Assembly (NCBI GenBank): GCA_038320275.1
Contig: JBBQEB010000134.1
Location: 1 to 10,609, forward strand
Origin: Myxococcales bacterium
GTDB taxonomy: Bacteria > Myxococcota > Myxococcia > Myxococcales > Anaeromyxobacteraceae
Direction of reading: 5' to 3'
Length of the DNA stretch: 10,609 bases
The translations under genes were made by a program, and so were the position numbers. Each line of letters begins with the position of its first letter. Within the stretch, counting starts at the first letter, position 1. The notes beneath the pieces are model-generated. The model was not told where the DNA came from. It saw only the letters and a program-made list of their open reading frames with translations, and did not search any database. Of the stretch, positions 1-7,596 are shown piece by piece.

Positions 1-75
1 CTCCCAGCTCGCCGAGGTACTGCACGAGGTTCCAGGTGAAGGAGTCGTAGTTGTCGACGAGGAGCACGCGCGGGC

Positions 76-79
<4 letters not shown>
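1..79 (-). CDS. trpG: Anthranilate synthase component II (glutamine amidotransferase), 5' part only; runs off the left edge
   Basis: Manual translation of the reverse strand from GTG at 79-77 gives [26 protein letters not shown], with the TrpG/PabA N-terminal signature DNYDSFTxNL. The start overlaps the trpE stop (GTGA, 76-79) and is preceded by GGAGG. Not in the ORF track because it is truncated. Confidence 0.92.
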
Positions 80-1590
<1,511 letters not shown>

Positions 1591-1617
1591 GGCGCTACGG
1601 CCGCCAAAGCCGCACCG

Positions 1618-2013
1618 TCATGCGGTCACCCGGCGGGCGGGGCCCGCCACCTCCGCGACACCCGCCACCGCGATGCGGTTGCGCTCGTCGACGAGGATGA
1701 CCGTGGGCACGTGCTGCCGCGCCTCCTCCTCCTCCATCTCGGCGAAGGTGGCGAGGATCACCCGGTCGCCGGGGCCGTTGAGGTGGGCCGCGGCGCCGTT
1801 GATGCAGATGATCCCGGAGCCGCGGCCTCCGCGGATGGCGTAGGTCTGCAGCCGGGTCCCGCGCGTGATGTTCCACACGTGGATGGCCTCGTACTCGAGG
1901 ATGCTCGCCGCATCCATGAGGTCCTCGTCGATCGTGACCGAGCCCTCGTACTCGAGGTCGGCGTGGGTCACGGTCGCGCGGTGAATCTTGGACTTGAACA
2001 GCGTCCGGCGCAT
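1618..2013 (-). CDS. panD: Aspartate 1-decarboxylase proenzyme (pyruvoyl-dependent)
   Basis: [29 protein letters not shown]...RLQTYAI...[13 protein letters not shown]...GDRVIL. Starting at the second ATG (2013) puts the autocleavage site exactly at Gly24-Ser25, as in canonical PanD. The ORF track start at 2016 adds one Met. Confidence 0.96.
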   Translation of the reverse strand: MRRTLFKSKIHRATVTHADLEYEGSVTIDEDLMDAASILEYEAIHVWNITRGTRLQTYAIRGGRGSGIICINGAAAHLNGPGDRVILATFAEMEEEEARQHVPTVILVDERNRIAVAGVAEVAGPARRVTA

Positions 2014-2019
2014 CATGCC

Positions 2020-2048
2020 TGCTTAGCCGCACGCTCGGCCTTTCGCAA
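2020..2048 (-). promoter_or_regulatory. Putative sigma70-like promoter for panD-trpE-trpG (leaderless configuration)
   Basis: Reverse strand reads TTGCGA (2048-2043), 17 nt, TAAGCA (2025-2020), 6 nt, ATG (2013). No Shine-Dalgarno sequence before the ATG. Confidence 0.45.
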
Positions 2049-2058
2049 GCCCCGCCCG

Positions 2059-4662
2059 ATGGCCTCTCCTCTCGCTGCGCGCCGGATCCAGATCCTCACC
2101 TCGGGGGTGGTCCTCCCCGGCGGGGAGCTGGCCGCGCTCGACCGTTCCCGGCTGCGCTTGCACGCGCTGGGGCGGTCCGGCGAGGTCCGCATCCCGATCC
2201 TCGTCGAGGCGGGTGCGGCCACCCTGCTCCGCGCGGCGGCATCCGAGCTGGCGCTCCTCCTCGCGACGCAGCACCGGCGCCTGCTGCCTATCGATGACCT
2301 CGAGCGCATTCGCGCGGCAGGTGGCTATGTCCCGCTCCCGTCGGTGGCGCCCTCGTTGGGGCCCTCCGGTGGTGGCCCGGACCTGAAAGCGGCGGCGCGC
2401 CTTGGGGTCGGGGTGCACCCGGCGCTCACCGGCGGGATCGTCTGCGCCTGGATGGGCCCGGGAGGGCGGGGCCGCTCGCTGACGGGCCTCGTCATCGAGG
2501 TGCTGCGGAGGGCCTTCGCGGAAGGGCAGCGCTCCAGCGAGCGCGAGGAGACGCCTGTCCTGGTGGCGCTGGCGCTGTTCCCGGCGCTCGCCGCGGCCGA
2601 GGAGCCCGTGCGGGCCCTCCTTCCCGCGCCGCCGCTGGAGGGGTGGTTCCGGGCGGCCGTGCTCTCCGGCCTGTACGTGGCGTGTGCGACCGGGGTGGCC
2701 CGGGCGCTGCGCGAGGCCGCGATCGGTCCGGCAGACGAGAGCGCGCTCGCGCTCGAGGCGGTGCTCTCACCCGGCGCGCTCCTCGGGCTCCGCCCCGCCG
2801 CCCTGGCGGGCGCTACCCTCTACGGCTGCGAGGTCCTGCCCCCATCCCCACGCGCCTACGAGCTGGCGGCGCGGCTCGCGGCGGGGGCCGACCCTGCGGC
2901 CGAGCTGCGCGAGCTCACCCGCGCGCTCCTCGCCGGCGGCGAGCCTCTTGGTCGAGCGGAGGCGCAGGCCGCGCAGGCCGCGCTGCGCGAGCTCGTCCTG
3001 GAGGGCGTCACGCGCGCCGAGGCGGAGCGGCGGGGCGGTGAGGTCGCCGCGATCCGGGAGCTGTACGCGGCGCCCGGCGGGCTCGCCTCGGCATGCTCGA
3101 GCAATGCGGCGCGAGGCGCGCTGACGAGGCGGCTCTTGGCCGCCGCGGACGAGGGCGGGGAGGCGGGCCCGGCGCTGGAGCGGGCGGGGCGGGCGGTGGA
3201 GGCTTGGTCGCCCGGCAACGCCGCAGCCGCCGTGGGGCTCACGCGCGAGGAGGGGGTGAGCGCGTACGCGGAGTCTGTCCTGGCCCACGCCTGCGACACC
3301 GCCCTGGAGCGAAGGCTCGCGCGCGCCCGGAGAGCGCCCCTCGCGCCACCCGCGGCCCTGGACGAGTCTTCCGCCCGCGCGGAATGGGAAGCGGGGCGGC
3401 TCTATCGCATCTCGGCCGAGGGCGGACCTCTCTTGAAGACCGCCGGCGCTCCGCCGGGTGCCCACCTCTACCTCGACCTGAAGGACGTCCTCCGGCGAGC
3501 CGGGCTCCTGGGAAAGGACCGCGGCGACCTCCTGCAGGACGGGCTCTTCCTGCCGCTGGTCCGGGCCGTGCGGGGGCTCGAAGGCAGCGCACCGCGGCGC
3601 GGGGGCCGCTCCGGCATCGAGGTGAACGCGCTCGGCGCCACCATATCGCTGTCGGGGAACGTGGAGGCGCTCCTGGCGCTCGCCGGCGCGGTGCCGCCCA
3701 TCCTGGCGTCCTTCGAGGAGCGGCTCGCGGCAGCGGTCCCCGAGGACGTGGTGGGGCTGCAGCTGTCCGGGGTCGCGGCGAAGTTCGAGGGGGAGCTGTC
3801 CCGGGCGCGCGCTGCGCGCGAGGCGCGGCGCGCCGCGAGGCCTGGGACGGGGGAGTCGGCCCGGGCGGGCGCGTTGGAGGCGCGCGCCGCCGCCCGCGAG
3901 GCCGAGCTGGAGCGCGAGCGGGACCTCGCTCTGGCGCGCGCGCGCGGGGAGCGGCTCGAGGCGGGCCTCCTCGTGTCCTTCGGGCCCCCGCCGCTCCTGC
4001 TCGGCCTCGCGGGCGAGGAGCGCGGGGCGCACCCGATTCGCCTGGGGGACGAGCTCGAGGTGTCCATCGCCGGCTCGGCCCGGAGCCCGGTGGCACGAGC
4101 CCGCGCCGACGCGGCGCTCGCTGCCGAGCGCGCCCGTACCGGCCGCCCCAGGCTCGAGCACGCCTGGCGCGTCTTCGTCGCCTCGCCGCTCGCCATCGCG
4201 GTTCCTCCGGCGCTGGAGCTGGCGGCCGTCGAGGCGGCTTCGGCCGGGGACGCTCGCGGCGCGCTCCGAGCGCTGGTGGGGCCGGTGCGGGATGCGGTGG
4301 AGCGCGCGGCGCGGGGCGAGCTGGGCGCTCCGGAGGTCCTCAACGCCGGGGCCGCGCTCACGGAAGAGGCGCTCACGGCCTACCTCGGCGCGGTGCAGGG
4401 ATCGCGTACCTTTCGCAGGATCACCCTGCCGCTCGCGGAGATCCCGGAGGACCTTCGCGCGCGCTGGTACTACGGCGTGGAGCCCCTGGAGCTCGTCGCC
4501 GCGTTCCGGACGGACGGCGACTCCGTGGAGCTCTTCCGGCGGGCAGGCCGGGTGCCGGTCGAGGGGAGAGGCGAGGTCGAGCTGTGGGAGCTCGCGGCTC
4601 CCGTGGGAGGGGCGGCCGCGCTGGCGGCCCGGCTGGGCGAGCGCTGGCTGGGCGGGGGCTGA
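2059..4662 (+). CDS. Large (~867 aa) Ala/Arg-rich hypothetical protein with a degenerate class III adenylate/guanylate cyclase-like C-terminal region; possibly related to myxobacterial FrgA-like proteins
   Basis: Real portion of track ORF 508..4662; the upstream part is antisense to trpE/panD. ATG at 2059 (MASPLAARRIQ...) is the first ATG clear of panD; the exact start is uncertain. Cyclase-like elements occur in order: HLYLDLKD (3463-3486), NALGATISL, LEAGLLVSFG, LGDELEVS, AALTEEAL, GRVPVEGRGEVELWEL. The FrgA resemblance is from memory of size and lineage and is unverified. Confidence 0.75.
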   Translation: MASPLAARRIQILTSGVVLPGGELAALDRSRLRLHALGRSGEVRIPILVEAGAATLLRAAASELALLLATQHRRLLPIDDLERIRAAGGYVPLPSVAPSLGPSGGGPDLKAAARLGVGVHPALTGGIVCAWMGPGGRGRSLTGLVIEVLRRAFAEGQRSSEREETPVLVALALFPALAAAEEPVRALLPAPPLEGWFRAAVLSGLYVACATGVARALREAAIGPADESALALEAVLSPGALLGLRPAALAGATLYGCEVLPPSPRAYELAARLAAGADPAAELRELTRALLAGGEPLGRAEAQAAQAALRELVLEGVTRAEAERRGGEVAAIRELYAAPGGLASACSSNAARGALTRRLLAAADEGGEAGPALERAGRAVEAWSPGNAAAAVGLTREEGVSAYAESVLAHACDTALERRLARARRAPLAPPAALDESSARAEWEAGRLYRISAEGGPLLKTAGAPPGAHLYLDLKDVLRRAGLLGKDRGDLLQDGLFLPLVRAVRGLEGSAPRRGGRSGIEVNALGATISLSGNVEALLALAGAVPPILASFEERLAAAVPEDVVGLQLSGVAAKFEGELSRARAAREARRAARPGTGESARAGALEARAAAREAELERERDLALARARGERLEAGLLVSFGPPPLLLGLAGEERGAHPIRLGDELEVSIAGSARSPVARARADAALAAERARTGRPRLEHAWRVFVASPLAIAVPPALELAAVEAASAGDARGALRALVGPVRDAVERAARGELGAPEVLNAGAALTEEALTAYLGAVQGSRTFRRITLPLAEIPEDLRARWYYGVEPLELVAAFRTDGDSVELFRRAGRVPVEGRGEVELWELAAPVGGAAALAARLGERWLGGG

Positions 4663-4672
4663 GGGCCTGGCG

Positions 4673-6109
4673 TTACTTGCCGCTGCCGTACCGCTTCACG
4701 TTCTCCGCGCAGAGCGCCTCATAGAGCTCCGCCCCGGACGTGCCGCCCTTGGCGAGGGCGTCCGCCTTCTTCACCTCCTCGTCGAGGACGGGCCGGAGGC
4801 TCTCGAAGGGCACCGCGCCCACGACCTTGCGGCAGTTGATGAAGAGGGTGGGGGTTCCCTGCGCGCCGACCCTCTGCGCGAGCGCTTCGTCCTCCTCGAT
4901 GCGCTTCTTGCCGGAGTGTGCCGCCAGCGCCGCGTTGAACTTGGTGAGGTCGAGGCCGAGCTCCTTCGCCGCGCCCTCGTAGGTGGCCGCGGAGAGCGAG
5001 GACTGCGAGGCGAACAGCTTGTCGTGCATGGGCCAGAACTTCCCCTGCTCGCGAGCAGCCTCGGCCGCCTCCGCCGCCGGGCGCGCGTTGGGGTGGAAGG
5101 GCAGGGGCTCGTGCTTCCACACCACGCGCAGCGCGCCAGGGTAGGCGGCCTCGGCCTGGCGCAGGGTGGGCTCCACGCGGGCGCAGTACGGACACTGGAA
5201 GTCGGAGAACACGGCCACCGTCGCCTTGGCGCCGACCGGGCCGCGCGCGGGGTCGTCCGGGCGCAGCGGCACCGTGGCCGCGGCGCTCGCCGGAGCGGGC
5301 GGCGGGGCAGCACGGGCGGGCTGGGCCGCGCCCGCCGCACCGCCGAGGAAGACCGGCGCGGCCGCCGCGCGCTCCTGGAGCTTCGCGTACACGCCCTTGG
5401 GCTGGACCCCGGTGGCGACGAGCGCCTTCGCCTTCTCCAGCTCCTCCTCGATGATGGGGCGGAGCTGGGCCAGAGGCAGGGCGCCCACGACCTTTCGGCC
5501 ATTCACGAACATGGTGGGGGTGGAGGTCACACCGAGGGATTGCATCAGCGCCTGGTCGCGCCGGATGCGGCTCGCGTGCTTGTTCCCGTCGAGCGCCGCC
5601 CGGACCTTCTCCATGTCGAGGCCCAGTTCCTGCGCCGCGTTCTCCAGCGCCGGGCGCTCGAGCTCGGGAGAGAGGTCGAACAGCTTGTCGTGCATCGCCC
5701 AGAACCTCGCGTCCCCGCCCTCCGCGCGGGCTTCCTCGGCGACGGTGGCGGCGGGCATGGCGTACGGGTGGAAGGGGAGCGGGAAGTGCCTCCAGCCGAA
5801 GCGCAGCTTGCCGGGATAGGCCTCGGCGAGGCTCTGCAGCGACGGCTCGAGCCGCTTGCAGAAGGGGCACTGGAACTCGGAGACGTCGATGATGGTGACG
5901 AGGGCGTCCTCCGGGCCGCGCAGCGGGGTGTCCTCCAGCGGCACCTTGTAGACGGCCTTGGGATCCTCCACGCGCTGGGCGGGGGGCGCGGCCGCGCGCG
6001 GCGGAGGCGCCGTGCGGGCGGCGCTCGGCGCCCCCGCGACCATGCGATCGATGGCGGCCCCGAGCACCAGGCCGACGAGGAGCGCGACAACCCAGCTCGC
6101 CTTCTTCAT
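4673..6109 (-). CDS. Exported or membrane-anchored DsbA-family (thioredoxin-fold) oxidoreductase with two tandem catalytic domains, 478 aa
   Basis: ATG at 6109 preceded by AAGGAG. N-terminal MKKASWVVALLVGLVLGAAI signal or anchor, then a Pro/Ala linker. Domain 1: SEFQCPFC (CPFC at 5858-5869), HFPLPFH, GVTSTPTMFVNG. Domain 2: SDFQCPYC (CPYC at 5183-5194), HEPLPFH, GAQGTPTLFIN. The track's extension to 6736 overlaps another gene and is rejected. Confidence 0.9.
   Translation of the reverse strand: MKKASWVVALLVGLVLGAAIDRMVAGAPSAARTAPPPRAAAPPAQRVEDPKAVYKVPLEDTPLRGPEDALVTIIDVSEFQCPFCKRLEPSLQSLAEAYPGKLRFGWRHFPLPFHPYAMPAATVAEEARAEGGDARFWAMHDKLFDLSPELERPALENAAQELGLDMEKVRAALDGNKHASRIRRDQALMQSLGVTSTPTMFVNGRKVVGALPLAQLRPIIEEELEKAKALVATGVQPKGVYAKLQERAAAAPVFLGGAAGAAQPARAAPPPAPASAAATVPLRPDDPARGPVGAKATVAVFSDFQCPYCARVEPTLRQAEAAYPGALRVVWKHEPLPFHPNARPAAEAAEAAREQGKFWPMHDKLFASQSSLSAATYEGAAKELGLDLTKFNAALAAHSGKKRIEEDEALAQRVGAQGTPTLFINCRKVVGAVPFESLRPVLDEEVKKADALAKGGTSGAELYEALCAENVKRYGSGK
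4740..5955 (-). repeat. Intragenic tandem duplication of the DsbA-like domain (about 5400-5955 and about 4740-5275)
   Basis: Paired motifs: P.RGP..A..TI/V, FQCPxC, PLPFHP.A.PAA, FW.MHDKLF, A.ELGLD..K, RI..D.AL...G...TPT.F.N.RKVVGA.P...LRP...EE..KA.AL. Boundaries are approximate. Confidence 0.8.
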
Positions 6110-6168
6110 GAGGCTCCTTTTATGACGAGGCTGCGCCCGGGCCCCTCCCGGAAAGCGGCTCAGACTGC

Positions 6169-6696
6169 TCAGAAGCGGTAGCTCACCCCGAAGCGAACCA
6201 GCACGCCCAGCGGGATGTTGCGCCCGAGCGGGAACCCGAGATCCGCCTCGGCGAAGCCGCCCAGCACGTCGGTGAGCCGCAGCTCCGTGCCCGCGCCGAG
6301 CAGGAGCCAGCGCCAGGCTCCGCTCCCGCGCACGGTGGACCAGTCGAGGGCGCCGCGCACGTAGAACGGCCCGTCCGGCAGGGAGACCTGCAGGCCGGGG
6401 CGCAGCGCCGTGTGGACGTTGGGCGCGAGGCCGAGGACGAGCCCCAGCTGCGGGCGGATGGCGCCCAGCTCGTAGCCGAGGACCAGCTCGCTCTCGAACA
6501 GGCCGCGCGGCGTGTAGTCGGAGCCGGCGCCCAGGCGGCCGCCGCCGCCGAGATCGAAGGTGAGGACGAAGCCGAGCGGCGCGGAAGGCGACTCGGCGTC
6601 CATGGGCGCCACCTCGGCGCGCCGCGGGAGCGGAGGATCGGCGAGGGCGAGGGCTGGGACGAGCGAGAGCGCGGCGGCGAGGGCGAAGTGCTTCAC
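6169..6696 (-). CDS. Secreted hypothetical protein, probable small outer-membrane beta-barrel (175 aa)
   Basis: Sec signal peptide MKHFALAAALSLVPALALA/D; alternating hydrophobic segments resembling beta-strands (FVLTFDLGG, FESELVLGYEL, FYVRGALDW, LLLGAGTELRL, GFAEADLGF); C-terminal GVSYRF ending in Phe (BAM beta-signal-like). Confidence 0.7.
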   Translation of the reverse strand: MKHFALAAALSLVPALALADPPLPRRAEVAPMDAESPSAPLGFVLTFDLGGGGRLGAGSDYTPRGLFESELVLGYELGAIRPQLGLVLGLAPNVHTALRPGLQVSLPDGPFYVRGALDWSTVRGSGAWRWLLLGAGTELRLTDVLGGFAEADLGFPLGRNIPLGVLVRFGVSYRF

Positions 6697-6704
6697 GGCC
6701 GCGG

Positions 6705-6733
6705 AGCCTACACCAAGGCCCGCCGTTGTCGAA
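6705..6733 (-). promoter_or_regulatory. Putative sigma70-like promoter for the beta-barrel gene (near-leaderless)
   Basis: Reverse strand: TTCGAC (6733-6728), 17 nt, TAGGCT (6710-6705), 8 nt, GTG (6696). No SD. Confidence 0.45.
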
Positions 6734-6761
6734 CACCCGTCGCAGCCGCGGGAGAGGGCGT

Positions 6762-6791
6762 TTGCACGCCCCGCGCCCCGCGGGTTATCCC
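6762..6791 (+). promoter_or_regulatory. Putative sigma70-like promoter for tusA (leaderless)
   Basis: TTGCAC (6762-6767), 18 nt, TATCCC (6786-6791), 6 nt, GTG (6798). No SD. Confidence 0.4.
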
Positions 6792-6797
6792 CTGCGC

Positions 6798-7049
6798 GTG
6801 GAACCAGCCGAGCTCCCCGTGCCCGATCGCACGCTCGACACCTCCGGGACCTACTGCCCCATGCCTATCGTGGAGACGGCGAAGGCGATGAGGGCGCTCA
6901 CCCGCGGCGCGGTGCTGCTCGTCATCGCCACCGACCCCGGCATCGCCACCGACATGCCCATGTGGTGCAAGGCGACGCATCACGAGCACCTCGCCACGTT
7001 TCGCGACGGGTCTTCCTGGAAGAGCTACCTGCGCAAGGAAGGCCGATGA
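6798..7049 (+). CDS. tusA: TusA/SirA-family sulfur carrier protein (83 aa)
   Basis: From GTG 6798: MEPAELPVPDRTLDTSGTYCPMPIVETAKAM...GAVLLVIATDPG...DMPMWC...YLRK. Contains the LD..G..CPxP persulfide motif (Cys20, 6855-6857), the TDPG...D...WC segment and the terminal xxRK of the TusA family. The track start at 6726 adds a non-conserved extension. Confidence 0.88.
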   Translation: MEPAELPVPDRTLDTSGTYCPMPIVETAKAMRALTRGAVLLVIATDPGIATDMPMWCKATHHEHLATFRDGSSWKSYLRKEGR

Positions 7050-7403
7050 CGGCCCGGCCCAGGCCATCGCCATGATCTCCGGCGGGCTCGACTCGACGCT
7101 CGCCCTCGTGAAGCGGCAGGGAATCTGGGTGAAGGCGGTGAGCTTCCACACGGTTTCTGCGTGACCGCGACGCAGCGCCGAAAGGGGCCCCGGCCCGACG
7201 GCACGGTGCCGCGCAACGAGGCGCTCCGGGCAGCCACGAAGCCGACGTGGACATCGAGTACGTGGACCTCTCCGGCTCGGGGCGGCAAGGGCAAGGAAGC
7301 GCCGCGGATCGTCGTCGAGTGGCGCGAGAGCGACCTCGTCGAGACATACCCGGTGGAGCCCGAGCACGACGAGGTCCGGCTGGAAGAGCTTCGGATCGGA
7401 TAG
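7046..7403 (+). pseudogene. Frameshifted, internally deleted PP-loop ATPase gene of the ThiI/MnmA-like tRNA sulfurtransferase type
   Basis: ATG overlaps the tusA stop (ATGA, 7046-7049). Stitching frames: MTARPR (7046) / AIAMISGGLDSTLALVKRQGIWVKAVSFHT (7063-7152) / GFCVTATQRRKGPRPDGTVPRNEALRAA (7152-7235) / DVDIEYVDLSGSG (7244-7282) / GKGKEAPRIVVEWRESDLVETYPVEPEHDEVRLEELRIG* (7284-7403). SGGLDS is the PP-loop signature. At about 118 codons it is far shorter than a PP-loop thiolase. Confidence 0.8.
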
Positions 7404-7596
7404 CGGCTGGGCGCAAGGCGCCGGAGAAGGCGCTGGGTGCCGCGACGGGTTCCGCCGCCTCCAAGGCCTGCGACAGCCCACCGCAGCCCCAGGCTGGTCC
7501 TTCGCCCGAAAGGCCACTCTGGGGGCTCCCCATTCCGGCGTACAAAGGTTTTGTTTCGCGTGTGTTCCCGCGCGTCGTCGAAAAAGAGGACGAACC

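Noticed and set aside
3934..3946. (GC)n dinucleotide run as a phase-variation tract
   Set aside because: Short, encodes Ala-Arg-Ala-Arg in frame, and expected at this GC content.
4292..6181. 629-aa plus-strand ORF and other alternative-frame ORFs (2767..4161, 3093..4724, 4719..5870, 7437..8423 and similar)
   Set aside because: They overlap well-supported genes, have low-complexity Arg/Gly/Ala/Pro translations and are typical of very high-GC DNA.
6110..6736. 209-aa N-terminal extension of the DsbA-family ORF (track start 6736), suggesting a fusion
   Set aside because: Arg/Pro-rich off-frame reading of the 6169..6696 gene. ATG 6109 has an SD and begins a proper signal or anchor sequence.
7046..7403. 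Programmed frameshifting or recoding that would rescue the PP-loop gene
   Set aside because: It would need about four frame changes, there are no canonical slippery heptamers, and the core of the enzyme appears deleted.
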